Below are positions 1 through 14,227 of a stretch of DNA of 64,000 nucleotides, one piece after another. Source of the DNA: Nageia nagi (lineage: Eukaryota; Plantae; Pinophyta); NCBI GenBank assembly GCA_050084985.1, contig JBITNC010000002.1, positions 33,666,001-33,730,000 of the forward strand, written 5' to 3'. Position numbers and translations under genes: made by a program. The first letter of the stretch is position 1. Each line of letters begins with the position of its first letter. Under the pieces are notes generated by a model. The model was not told where the DNA came from. It saw only the letters and a program-made list of their open reading frames with translations, and ran no database searches.

Positions 1-3000
1 GTTGGAAACCTCTATGATTTTTTACACCATGTTAGATGAAATGCTACTTATGATATCTTCATCAACCTTTATAAAGGAAGCTTAGGATAGGCTCAAGAAA
101 ATCTACCTAGGATCCAAATTTTTAATAAGGTTCACCATTATCCAAAATTTTCTTCAATATCATCAAGGGAAAGATGAAAATGTTTTTATCTATTTGCATA
201 ATATCATTGACCTTACTAACCAACTTTTTGGTTATGACTACAATTGGATAAATGATGAGTTCATGATCTTCATCATTCTTTAAAGTTTAGTAAAAATAGT
301 TAGTATGATTATACTTGATGATGAAGAAGAATTATTCTCTCTTGAGAACCTTTCAAGGCTCCTTCTAAAGCAAGAGAAAACTCTTAACAAAAAGGTATTG
401 ATTTTTTCTCCAAAGGATAACAATGTTGCTCTAAGAGCAACCAAAACTCCTTTCAAGAAGAAGTTCAAACACCAAAAGAAGTATTTTCTTGCTACCTCTA
501 AGAATTTTGAAAAGAAGAAAAATAATAATAACTACAAGCTAATATATGGTAAGGGCAAGGCAAATAAACCAAATCCTAAAGCAAAATTCAATGGTAATTG
601 TAACTTTTATGGTGGCTATGGTCACAAAGAATTTGATTGCTATAAAAAGAAAAGAAAAGAAAAGAATGAGAAAAATGGAAATGTGAATAAATTCAAAGGA
701 AATAAGAATATTAAAGTTGGTTTTATTTTTTCTCTTTAGTCCATAACTCATACTTTTTCAATTGATTATTTTGTTGACTCTCGATACACTAATCAATTGT
801 GCTTTGAAAAGGATAAGTTTGAAAGTTTTCATAAGCATAGAAAGGATGCAGTTGTGATAGGTGATAATTTAATCCTTTAATTTTAATGGATTTAGAGTGT
901 GTTGATTAATAGAAAGATTCTAAAAAATGTGCTCTATGTTCTTAAGATTAGAATAAACCTTCTTTTCATAATTCAAATTGCAAGGAAAGGATACTCATTT
1001 GAGTTCAACTCACACTCCTGGAGCATTAAGAAAGGACTTATTGCTTTGGTGAGAGGATTAGTGAAAGATGATATTTACATTATGGATCAAGTTCCAATAA
1101 GGATATGTCTTGCTATGAATGTTTTCTCTAGGAAAAATTTTTACATTATAGATGAAGTTACAACAAAGATGAGTTTAATAGGATAACATTTGGTTATCAA
1201 CTTGAGCACAAGGATCAAACCTTTGATAGGTTTAAATATTTCAATGCCTTATTGAAAAATTAGACTAAACTTAAAATCAAGATGATGAGATCAGATAATG
1301 GGGGTGAGTATAAAAATAATGATTTTAATTACTATTATGCTAAGTATGGGATCAAGAGGTAGTACATTATTCCTTACACTCCTTAGTAAAATAATGTGTC
1401 AAAAGGAAAAATGGAACAATTATGAAGATGGCTAGATGCATGTTAGGAAATCTTCCTAGTTTCTTGTGGGGTGAATCTATGAGCACTAAAATTTAGACCT
1501 TGAATAGGTGTCCCACAAAATCTATTCAAGGTAAAACTCCTTTTGAAGCATGGACAAGATAGAAACCTAACATTTCTCACTTTAGAGTGTTTGGTTTTGA
1601 ATCTTTCTGGTACATTATTTTTGATAAAAGGAAGAAGTTGGATAAGAGATCTAAAAAATGCATCTTTGTGGGCTATGACAATCCACATAGAGACTATAGT
1701 CTCTACTCTTTATTCCATAGAGTAGTGTTCATCTAAAGGGATGTAAAGTTTAATGAACTTCTTGAGAATCTACTTCCATTGAGGATGTTGATTATATAGA
1801 TGATTCTTTAGTTGCACCTAACTAGTTGGATATCAATATAGATAAGTCACCTTAGGATAAATATTCTCCAAATCATAGGATAACAAGAAGTATGACCTTA
1901 AACAAATACTTATTTTTTAAAATTGATAACAAAAATGAGCCCTCATCATTCAAAGAAGCTTCAAATTACAAGTGCTGGATGGAAGCCATGAAAGCAAAGT
2001 ATGAGGCACTTATGAAAAATGAAACATGAGACTTGATTCCTTATCTTAATTAAAAGAATGTGATTGGTAATAAATTTATCTACAAATTCAATTACAATTC
2101 AATTAGAGATATTAAGAAATACAAGGCAAGGTTAATAGCCAAAATTTTTGCTTAGAAATACAAAGTTGATTATGAGAAAACCTTTGCTCTCATGGTAAAT
2201 ATGCCCACTTTCATGATAATCCTTGCTCTTTTAGCAACTCAAGGATGAAAAGTTTTTCAACTCGATGTTAAGAGTGCATTTCTCAATATGAATTAGATGT
2301 GATGAATCAACCAGAAAGGTTTGTTATGAAAGAAAAAGAGTCATTTATGTGCAAGCTAAAGAATTCATTATATAAACTTAAGCAAGCACCTAGAGCTTGG
2401 TACAAGAAGATTTCAAGATACTTTGTAGATATTGGATTCTCCAAGTGCTTCTCCAAATTGAATCTATATATGCTAAATTAGGAAAAAGATGTGGTCTTAA
2501 TTCTTTATATGGATGATCTTTGATCATCGGGTTCATAATGATGAAATCATCTAAGAGTGCATATCCATACTTAATACAATGTTTAAAATTATTGATCTTG
2601 ATCTCTTGCACTACTACCTTGGAATGCAAGTGTATTAATACAAGTATTGTACTTATATTACTCAATCCAAGTATATATTATACATTTTATAAAAGTTTAG
2701 AATGGAGGAGTACAAATATGTTATGATCCTAGTTTCTCTTGGAATCATTTTATCTCTTAGATCTAATTCTCAATTGGTAGATGTAACAACTTACAAGTAA
2801 TTAATTGAAAATATTATTTATTTGACTATTTCCAAGCTAGATATTATCTTTACAATAAATCTAATGGCACGATTCATGTAGAAATAGTATGTTTAACACC
2901 TTAATGTTGTTAGAAGAATCTTGAGATATTTTGTAGGGATGAATAATCTTGCTCTCAATTATTTCAAGTTGCCCTCATTTATTCTCTTAATATTCTTAGA

Positions 3001-3465
3001 TTCTAACTATGGGAGAAATAAATATGATAGAAAATCAACCTCTTCATATGTGTTTAGCATTGGTTTAGGTGCTATATATTGGAATTCCAAGAAGCATCCT
3101 GTTATTTCTTTTTCCACCATAAAAGTCAAATACCAAGCCATGTCTATTATGGCCCATGTAGCTATTTGTATTAGGCATATTTTCAATGAAATTGGGTATG
3201 AGAAATCTCATCCATCTTGAATTTCTTCATAAAATTATTTGATTATTTCAATGGTTGAGAATACTATTTTTCATTGAAGAATAAAACATGTAGAAATCCA
3301 AGCCCACTTCATCAGGGAGATGATTTTGGATGGCATCATACACTTGGAGTATTGTCCATATAACTTAAACTTCATTGATTTATTCACCAATCTCCTTATT
3401 GAAGCTCAATTTAATAAGCTTAGGGAATATATTGAATTAGTGAAGTTGCCCTCAAGGGGAGTGAA
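1..3465 (+). pseudogene. gag-pol polyprotein of copia A, many stops and frameshifts; integrase N-terminal zinc-binding segment deleted near 1140-1180
   Basis: ORF fragments 305-739, 899-1186, 2299-2481 and 2921-3220 are collinear with the minus-strand gag-pol of element D. Confidence 0.9.
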
Positions 3466-4279
3466 GTTTTAATTCTTATTTTGAATTCATGTTTGTGATG
3501 ACAACTTCACTTCTAGAAAGAATTTTACTTATATAGTGTTGATTTGTATGTGTACCTTTTGGTTAGTTCTCCTTATGTGATGAACTATTTGTACACCTTA
3601 AGCATATAATAGGCCATCATTAGCATTGTTCAGTTATCCATGTAGGAGGGACTCGTATGTGAATATGATGGATCCTTTTTTTGCACTATTTAATTATCCA
3701 TATGTGAGGAATGTGTATGTTTCATTTGGCACTATTCAATTATCCATGTGTGAGAAACTCATATGTGTATTTCATCATGCCTTATTTTTTATGATAATCA
3801 ACACATATTTTGTATATAGTAGGTGACTATGAGTATTAGCTTGACATCTTCATGATGACTTATAGTCCATAATTGATTAATTTATGGATAGCATTGCTTG
3901 GTTTATTTATATTTATTGATATGAATATGTATATGATGCATCTAACTAATCTTAGTCTTTGATCCACTTGTAGCTTTCACATTTATTGTTGAGATTCCAA
4001 GTTACTTACTTTAGGTATGAAGGCTCATGGATGCTCATCATGTCAACTTTTGGTTGGATGACTACTTTATGTACATTGAAACCAATTTTGGTTAATGATT
4101 GTATTGTAAACCATTTGTTATAATGGTAAAGTAGTGAGTCTTAAATTAAGATCTTGTTTACTTCACAAAAATGTAAAAGTTCTCATCTTTGATTGTATCT
4201 ATATGGAAGAGAACTCTCTTTTTTACTCTCTCTTTATTCTCTCTTCTTCACTCTATCCCAATATTTCATTAAAGGGGAG

Positions 4280-4764
4280 TTTTGAAATGTATAATGCATT
4301 ATTGTAAAGTTTTGTAATAATATTTTTGTAAATTCATCAATACTTAAAGGTATCTCTAGATACCTTAAGTATTTAAGTGAATATAATAATGTAACTTATC
4401 TTACACTCCTCAGGAGCATGCCCCTTGGGTGAAAGGGTGAAGCATGTCATGTCTTTGTACAATGGTTAAAAAAGTGATCCAAGGGAGTATTTTGGTCTAT
4501 AAATGGAAAGATCTCTCCTAGATATCATATACCAAAATTTGAAGAAAATTTATGCTCTAGGATTATGTTAGAAGAGGAAGAAAAAGATCTTGTAAGAGAG
4601 TCATCTTTGTGAATGATAAAGATTATAGTTATTGGATATACTCTCTTGTATGAGAGAAACCACTTTATATATGTGTCAAATTTGTAAGATTGAATATTGT
4701 ATTTATAGAATTTTCAAGTGTTATTTGTAGATTAGGATTTTAGTATTTTAAGATTAAATCATTA
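4280..4764 (+). repeat. 3' LTR of copia A
   Basis: Follows the PPT. Reverse complement resembles the LTRs at 6582-7146 and 35910-36410. TATA-like ctataaat at 4497-4504. Termini decayed. Confidence 0.85.
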
Positions 4765-7146
4765 AAGGAATCATGAACTGCCTCTTGATCCCATATTTGA
4801 GACAATATTCATTGAACTCATTACTATTATACTCAGCTCCATTGTAAGATCTTAGCATCTTTATTTTGATGTCAATCTTATTGTCAACTAAGTCTTTAAA
4901 ATATTTGAGCTTGTCAAAGGTTTGATCCTTGTCATGGGTAGATAACCAAATTTCATCCTACTAAATTTGTTGATGAAGTTCAAGACATAAGATGCTCCCC
5001 TAAGAGATTCAATCTAAAATTGATCCATAAAATATGAATACATAAGATGAAGAGTTTGATTTGCCCTTGTTGCCTTATCTTTCTTAAATTTTTGCCTATT
5101 CATCTTGCTTAAGATGCACTTCTCACATAGACTAATTATGGGTGATATTTCATGACTTGAATGCTTTTGTGGTTAAGGTATCCTATATATTGGTGCTAAA
5201 TATTGCCCCTAGATCAAACATTTGTATGAGGACACATCTTTGTTGGTACTTGATCCATAATGTAGAGATCATCTTTCACTAATCCTTTCACTAAAGTGGA
5301 AATTTCCTTCTTAATGCATCAAGAGTGTCAATTGAACTTGAATGAGTACCTTTTCCTTGTAACTTGAATTATAGAAATAAGGTTCATACTAAGTTTTACA
5401 CATAGAGCATCTTTTCAATAACCTTCCCATGTATCAACACACTCCCAATTCTTTGGACTTCAAGGATTGAATTATCACCTAGCAACTGCATTCTTTCTAT
5501 ACTTATGAAAAATTTTAAACTTAGCCTTTTCAAAACACACATGATTAGTGCACCCATAGTCAACAATGCAATAATTCAATAAAATGTGAGATGTGGAGTA
5601 AGTACCATAAATAAAAGCAAATTTATTATTCTTCTTCTTACCTTTGATGTTTGATTTTTTAGTTTCTTTGCAACCTTGGTCTTTCTTTTTCTTGAAGTAA
5701 TCTGATTCCTGGTGACCATAGATGCCATATAAATTAAAATTACCATAAAATTTGGCTTTGGATTTGATTTTGCTACAATTTTCATGGTCACTCTATTATT
5801 TTTTTCCACCTTTCTTGAAGTCCTTTTTCAAATCATAGGAAGATTTCTTTTGATTGTGGAACTTCTTTTTGATGTGAGTCTTTGTTGGTCCAAGTACCAT
5901 AGGATGCTTCTTAGGAGTGGAGATCAACAATTTGAAAGATATAGTATATGTGTATATGTGAAAGATTTAAGAAGAATAAAGCCCCCCTAATTTCAAAAAA
6001 CTTTATTTTTGAAATTAGAAAAAAAAAGTCTTTATTTTTAAAATAAAGTCCCCTTCCTTTTTTATTTAAATAAAGCACTTTTTTTATCAATAAAATTACC
6101 CTCCTTTTATATTTGAAGGTAAATTGTTTAATATTTTAGATAACAACATTATTAACTAAGTCCTCTCCCAAAAAAAATGCTTCCTCCTACAACATTAGTG
6201 TTGAGAAGGAAAAAAAGATACATTTATGTAGAAGTAAAAAATTACAAATTTAATCAAACTTCATGATAAATATGCATACTAAACACTCCTAATATATTGT
6301 TGTTACATTGTAGGTAAAATTTTGTCAAAAAAATTGCAACTACCATAAGGGTTAGTAAAAAAATTGTAACAACAATATATTTTTAAGAAACTTTTCTCAA
6401 CAAAATTGCAACTAACACATAAACAATGTTAGTAACTCAAGATGTAAAAATTAAACTTGAAAGGAAGTAGAAAATTATCCCTACAAATATTTTACCTCAC
6501 AAAAGTATATGGAAGAATGAGTAGGATGAACCTTCAATGACATTGAAGCTAAAACCTCCAATAATGGTTCTAGATACCAATTGAAGGAATCAAACTTACA
6601 AGACTAAATACCAAATTACCCAAGATCAAATGAAGACTCTCTCAATTCCTAAAGTATTAAAAACACAAAATCAAAGTAGCATTCACACAATATAACACCA
6701 ATTTAAAGTGGTTCCTCCAACCATGGGAGTACATCCACTAATCTAATATCTTATTCTCAAATATCATTCTCATACAACAACTCTTCCTCACTTCTCCTAC
6801 AACCTAAACAAGAGCATAACTTTTCTACAAAACTTGAGTGAGTGATATTAAGGATAGGGTCTTCTATTTATAGGTTAAAATCCTCCCTTGGATCACCCTT
6901 TTAACCATTTTATAATATCATAACATGCATCACCCTTTTACCTAAGGTGCATGATAATGATATGGAGTGTATGACAAGTTACATTATCATATTCATAAAT
7001 ACTTAAAATATATCTAAGGATACTTTCATGTATTAGTGAATTTATATTACCATATTCACTAAATAGTTAAGGTATCTAGGGATACCTTTAAGTAGTAAGT
7101 GACTTACATTAAGATACCTTACAATAATGTAATATACATTCCAAAA
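4765..7146 (-). mobile_element. Ty1/copia element A2, 5' part (5' LTR, PBS, shortened leader, gag C-terminus, protease, integrase to GIKRQFMIP)
   Basis: LTR 6582-7146 and decayed tRNA-iMet PBS (tggtatctagaacc) at 6566-6579. Gag LLISTPKKH...KKKFHNQKKS near 5840-5930. Integrase is cut at 4765 by the LTR of element A. Confidence 0.9.
6582..7146 (-). repeat. 5' LTR of element A2
   Basis: Begins 2 bp from the PBS. Shares ccatgggagtacatccactaa and the cattccaa(c/a)a end with the D LTRs. Confidence 0.85.
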
Positions 7147-7167
7147 ATATTGTAGGTAGAGTAGTGA

Positions 7168-7722
7168 TGATAGAATTAGAGGATTCCATAATCCAAGAAC
7201 ACTTGTAGGACCTTCATAAAATACACCAATCATTCTAAACTTAAGAACACAAAAAGCATTCTCACATAGCAACACAATATGTATATTTGTCCCTCCATAA
7301 CATGGAGTACTCCACTTTAGGTCTCCTTTTGTCTATACTCTCAAAATCATGTACATTCTCATGGATCTCAACCATGACTCTCCTTAGCATGAAGCTTAAC
7401 TTGCATGCTTAATACCATACTAAATATAATCTATACTAACATCTTTACAACCATATTTTTATCTACTTCTAATTATAAATCTCCACAATATGAACTCCTT
7501 TTATAGGACTCAAAACTAGCCTTAGGTAGTTAACTAACCTAATCATAATTGGTTAGTTAACCCTAAGTTACAATATAAAATTACATTTAATTGTTAGTGG
7601 AGATACTATTTCACCCACCATGCATAAACCTCATTATCACCTAATAAATAATTTTAGATGATTATTAATATGCTAAAGCATATTAATTAAATAATAACCT
7701 AAATAACATTATAGTTCTAACA
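7168..7722 (-). repeat. 3' LTR of element B
   Basis: TG...CA termini, adjacent PPT, direct repeat of 14604-15157. Confidence 0.95.
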
Positions 7723-10700
7723 CTCCTCTTTAATGTTATTTTGGGAATGATTAGAAAAATAATGATTTTACAAAGAGGTTTTACTCATGCTACAAAGTGT
7801 ACATATATCCAAACAAGGCTTTACAATTTTGAGTATATAGGAGACCTTTTGAGATATTATACAAAGGAGAGAAGGTTGAAGATCCATGTGCTAATATACA
7901 AGAATTCTCAAAGCTATTGTCATAAGCAACCTGTGATCTCTAGAAAAAACATGCAAGATAAAAGTAGCTCATAACAATATTAGTTAGAAGCATCATACAT
8001 TCATATCAATATGAATCAAATCATACTATCATACATTGATCATCATAAAGCATATAAAGATGCCAAGTAATCACAAATGCACAATAATAAGGATGACATA
8101 TATCATCAACTATGATATCTAAGAATATCAAATGTACATAGAATTATTTATCATCATCATAACATAGTATGATCATCCATATGGGCATAACATAACATGA
8201 TATTTAACAATATTATGTGCATATATCAAGACATATGTACTATCAACCAATTGATATGAAACAAAAAATAAAAAAATGGATTTTTATCATTCTTTCTTTT
8301 GTATTTGTATTATATGAGGGTGTCATCATAGTTAACATGACATTTTTCTCCCCCTTGAGGATAACTTTATCAAACAAATACATGTGACAATGTGACATTA
8401 ATCATGCCAAAAATAAAATTCCAACTTGACCAATATACTTATGTCAAGATTTAAAGGCAACACATATCATAAGTCATCAAATGCTATCTTAATTACCACA
8501 TTAAGATGCATAAGCCATAAGGTGCCAAAAAAATAAACTTGACTTTACCAAGAGTTAGTCAAGATTTCATAATAATAAGTCCATCTTAACCATTGTACTA
8601 GTTAAGAGGGAAATGATAAAATTTGGTTGCATGAATCAATCTAAATGGATTCAAATTTCATCAATAATATGGAAATAATCCATCATCATGGATTTATCTT
8701 CCATCGTCATGGAAGTATAAATGAAAAAAGTGTGGCCACTAGTGCACGATAAGTCATAATGGAGATGCCAAGCTAACACTTATAGTCACCTGCTGTATAT
8801 AAAACATGTGTTAATCAATAAAGCATAAGCACATTCGAGTTCCTTACATATGGATAACCAAATAGTGCAAAAATGCACTTACTAATTCTTCTCATAGTGA
8901 TAACTGAAACAGTACATATGGTTTCCCACATATGGATAATCAAATAGTGCTAAAATACACATACTGATTCCTCACATAGTGTTGCTAGTAGAAACCAATT
9001 TGTACCATGAGTTTCTCACATAGATCAAACTAACCACAAAGGTGTACACAATATGCTCAACATAGTTCCTCACACGGAGGGAGCTAACCACAAACATATA
9101 CTTAAAGATCAACATTATACAGTAAAAAAAAATCCTTCTAAGGATGAAGTTGTGATGACAAACATGAATTCAATATAAGAATTCAAACTTCACTCCCTCT
9201 TGATGATAACTTCACTAACCATAATAAATGGTTAAAGTGTGCACAATAGAGTTTCTAAAGTGGTCTAGTGAATAAAGTAAGAGAGATAAAGGGACATTGT
9301 ATGAGCAATGAATACAAAAAAATAGAAAGCCTATTCATACATCTTTATAAAATGTGCTTGTTTTTAAAATGAGTCATCAAGAATGCCCTCATACATAGTA
9401 CAATAGTGAGAAAATAATTCAAACAATACTCTCCCTTGAGGGATACTTCACCAACTCAACATCAAAAAAGGGCTTGTGAATAAAGGATGCTTGGATTTGG
9501 AGAAGAAAAGTCCATTCCAAACCAAAGCGACTGATTGCTATGATTGAAATGGTGATCCATATTCTACAAGACCCATAGAAGAGTTAGATGCTTGTTTCTT
9601 GGGAATGCAAATACCAAAGTGTCAAAGGATATCCTCATACATGTATGCCCTTTTATTACACTTTTCTTTTAACCATTGCATCCCATAGTGACTATTGTTA
9701 GCATCACACCTAATTTGTATCTCTTTCTCTTTCACTTGTATTTCTCACATATGTTTCTCAGCTAGCAGTTGATTTGGCTTAGCCAAAATTTCATTGTAAT
9801 ATTGTACGCATACAAATTTTTAGTTTTGTATCAAATTGTAATGATGGGCTATTATCTCCATCTCGACCTTTATCATAGCTAATTTGTGGTAATGGTAGGC
9901 ATTCTCTAAGTCTGCCCATATATATATTTCCTTGTTAGAATTCAAAGAAGCACTTCCTATGTTTGTGACCAAATTCTCTATGGTAGTCATGATGATCAAC
10001 CTATTACTCATGATTACTTTATCCCATTTAATAGTTAATATGAGAGAGAAAATAGCATAAGGATACCACTAGCACTTAGTCATTACATGTCTTACTAGGA
10101 ATCTCTTGACATAACATTATGCATAGGATAACAATTAATTAAATGATTGGAAGGTGATATATTTTATCTCTATGGATTTGTTATCCAACGAATCCTTTTT
10201 TTTAGTTGCCACAATTATTATATTTTGATCATATCAAATCTTTTTTTGTTATAGATAGTCATAAATGATCCTTACTTTTCATTTGATATTTTGCATTTAC
10301 AATTTTAGCTAAAATCCTTCATAGATGTTTCTTAGTTTCATGCCCTATCAAGCAATATCCAAGATAACATAGTGCATTGAAGCATTCATGTGGCTTTAGA
10401 GAATTTCTCCTTTATCACCTTTGAGGTTTTATTACAACATTGACTAGTATTTCTTCAATCATACCCAGATGATCATTATGGAATTTGTATGATCTTTCAT
10501 CTTAATCATTATGATCATGTTCACCTATTAGGTCATTTGCTCAGTTGGCCCGATTGGATGTGGCATATAATGGTCTATACCCCATTCAATCGTTATCTTT
10601 TGCAATTCATATGCTACATCGGATTGCCTTCCCTGCATCCACATGAGTATTTCAAACCACTCACTATTACAATGGTAGTTCATCAACATAGTCTGTAGTG

Positions 10701-13700
10701 GTCATCCACTTACTCTTTTCACATTGTTTGGTGAGATGAATATCAAATTTTACATCATCAATTTTCTTTTGCTTATCACTTTTCACCTCTTTCACATCAA
10801 TATCTTTTAAGATTGGGCACATCAGATTCTATCATATATGAAGATGATGCTAATTCATTTGATTCTAGTGACCATTCATCATATTGAGGACCAATCACAT
10901 CATAAGTGCCACCCACTTGGGCTTATCAGTGGGAATCTTTTGCATTGAAAGTACCACCCACTTGGGCTTGTTAGTGGGAGTATTTTCTATCTTTTTAATA
11001 AAGTATGTAATTCATGTCTCATATCTTTAATTAATCAATCGATGGTCAAGTAAATTGTAACATTGGTTGTTGTGCTTCTATGCTTGATCCATGTTGATGT
11101 TCCCATTTATGATCAAGGATATAATTATTTGGTAATTCTATAAGTTTACATCATATTATTTGACTACCATCACTTTACAATATCCTAATAGAGATTTGAT
11201 ACATTTTTTATTCATCATGGATATGATCATTTTCCATGGTATTCATGTTGATCTTCCCTAAGAAGTTCTTTATCAATACATTCAATATCGATTCATACAA
11301 TGTGCTTGCACTTTGCTACAGACTACTTTGCAATAAAATTTGGTTTGCATATAGGGTCATCAAATTCCCCATCGATGGGCCATCTACTTTATCCATCATT
11401 TAGAGGATGTTGAGAAGTTGCACATCATAATCACACTTGTCTATTGCTCAAATTGGACATGGAATATCATCCTTTACTATTCTTGGATACCATTTGTCTT
11501 CCATTTTTTACATTATGTAAGTCCTACCATGCTGCATCCTTAGGAGTACTACCACCCCTATACTATTATGTTCATAGTATGATAATGAAATCTTCATTAG
11601 GAGTCCACTTATGTTTCACTACTAACATGAGAAGGGGATCAATGGGTGTACTACCCATTTTTTGACATTAGGTGCCATTTCTCCCTAATCACTCATGCTA
11701 CTTTGTTCAATATACCCAGTTCACTTGTCATAGATCCTAAGAGTTTTAACTCCAACTCTCTCGATCATATCAGTGATTCTAATTAATTTTGCTATCCACT
11801 TGGGCATGTTAGTGGAACTTTATAGAATTAATAAATATTATTTTTTCTTATACCTTGTACCAAACTATTTATTGGATAAATTTTCAAATTCTCAAGATAA
11901 ACAAAAAACATTCTTCAAAGCCTCAAATACAATAATTTCAATTTAAGGACATATTAAACAAGCCAAAGGTTAACTTCTATTGCAACAAGCTCATAAGTTG
12001 TAAGTAACATACAAATCTTTAACTAACCATGGTAATTAAATCATTGCAAATAAAACTTAACCATTGTAATATATTCAATTTTGCATAATAATTGAAGTTT
12101 ACACTACTACTTATTGTATATTACAATCCATAAAATACAACTTAGACATAGAGATACTTTTCAATGCATTCATTTAAGTTTCATAAATTGATATTAGGAA
12201 ATAAAGTGTCATTGTAAGATTTAATATTTATCAAAATCTTAAAAAATTGCTTAATTGCAAAGGTCATATCAAGAATTGGCAACTTTTAAGCATATTAAAA
12301 AATAACTTGTTTGATTGCAATTCTTGTTTGCAAGTTATGAATGTATTTTGTAAGTCAAGAATTGTGATCTTAGTGCAACTTATCTTCCCTTTAGAAACCA
12401 AATTTTGCAATTTGCAATGATTTTGAGCACATTCACACTTAATTTAACAACTTGAATACTAAGGAAGTCATCCACATAAAGAGACAAGTTACTAGGTTTC
12501 CTTAGAGTTAGTTGTTAGTTACAAGAACCAAGGCTCTTTACACATGGTCAAAGTTAGCACAAGTCTCAACAATATATACCTTCTTGTTTAAGGAATATTT
12601 ACTTCAAAAAGAGGATCCATCTTCTTAGTCATTAAGGTCCACTATATAATAATTTTGAAAGATGGATGACTTTTGCATTTGTCTTAGTAGCCTTGCTTCC
12701 TTGCTTACCTTTAAAGATTGTTCATATTTTTATCAATTGCTTTCATTCTTCCAATAGGATACCTAACTTTCCTATTTTTAAAATACATCATAAAACCTTA
12801 TTCATACTTCCAAAAATAAGGTTAGTAAAAAATATTTTCAAGGGAAGGTTAGATCAATAAACATTTTGAGCAATAAGGATTAAAAAAAACCTTAAAATCT
12901 CCCTCCTTTTAAAAAAAAAAATATCTTCCTCAAATCATAATCAAGATTAATATCTTTCTCAAAAAAAAAATTAATACCTAATAGGTTGAGAAAGAAAATA
13001 CACTTTCCCTAGTTAAAATAAATGCATAAGATTCCCCATTAAAAAAATGAAAAAAAACCTCCACAATAGATGCTTGTTTTTATTTTTAGTGAATTGGCCA
13101 AAGTTAATAAATATCTTGATACCAATAATTTTTGTTGGTTGTAGGAAAAAAATGTTGAGGAGGGTTTGAAAAGAAAAAAAATTTTGGGCAAAGGTTATAG
13201 AGAGTGGTTGACTTAGGGCTCCCATGCCCTCAATCTAAATAGCATGTGCACTAGGGGTGATATCACCCTAGGTTAGGTGATGTGCATGTATTAAGGGTAG
13301 GAGCCCCTATTTGGGGGCTTACCTACCCTTAAGTGACTAACTAGCATGACCAACATGGCCTGCATGATGGCCAACTAACTCAATCAGCTAGCCTGAGGGG
13401 TGGTAATCTAGGTGGCAACCAACCAACCTAAGGGGTGATGGCCTACATAATGACCAACCAGCCTAAGGGGTAATAGCCTACATGGTGGCTAGCCAACATA
13501 GTGGTTAGGGTATGTGGCTACTTAACCTAAGGATGATGGTGCAGCCAACCTTAGGCACCTCCCCCACATAAGGGTAGCAGCTACCTTGGGTGCCTCCCCC
13601 ATGCGAGGTGGGTGACAACCTTGGGTGCCTCCCTATGGAGGGTGTAGCCCCAACTGGAGGCTATGCCCTCCTATGGGGGTGTGTGGCCTATGATGAGGTG

Positions 13701-14227
13701 GTGGTCCCATAGGGAGAGCATGCCCCCAATGATAGGCTACCAGTCCTATTTTTTTAAAAATAAAAAAAAGTTTTATTTAAACAAAATACATGTGTGTTAA
13801 AATTAAAAATAGTGTTTTAAAAATAATGTTTGTTAAAAAATTTTAAAAATATTATATGTATAAATAGAATAGGCAACCTCCTTTTTTTAGCAAACTTAAA
13901 ATGGGTATCCTTTTTATTTTTTTGTATAAATATAAAATGCAAAAATAAATGTGTATAAAACACATTATTCAAGTCTTCATAATAATGAACCTTCAAGCTT
14001 TGTAGTTGTACAATATTTCATATTGTAAGAATTTGTATTTATGAATTTTTATATAAACTCTTCCAGAAAATAAAATTTACACTAGTTATAGACAACTAAA
14101 TTGTAAAATGAGCAAAATATAAATTTGTGTATAAACCATAATATTCAACTACAAAAAGATTTTTAGCATAGGTTTTAAATACTATGAACAAAAAAACCAA
14201 AAATTAGTTATACTAATTTTTAATATC

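Larger units (their letters stand above)
1..4764 (+). mobile_element. Ty1/copia LTR retrotransposon A (5' end outside window), decayed; nested in the integrase of element A2
   Basis: Copia domain order gag-PR-INT-RT-RH. Zinc knuckle CNFYGGYGHKEFDC (ORF 305-739), protease region 760-1000, integrase (SDNGGEY near 1291), RT (YKARL, LKQAPRAWY), RNase H (DRKSTSSYVF, QAHFIRE). PPT aaaggggag at 4271-4279, then 3' LTR. Confidence 0.95.

Noticed and set aside
10550-10730. Faint integrase-like peptide in element B (minus strand, ELQKITIEWGIDHYMPHPIGPTEQ)
   Set aside because: Similarity is too weak and the catalytic motifs are absent; it cannot be supported without an HMM search.
11040-11696. Possible decayed ORF in B starting atgagtgattag, the same 12 nt as the start of gag in C
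   Set aside because: The frame has many stops and no gag motifs follow; the match may be chance.
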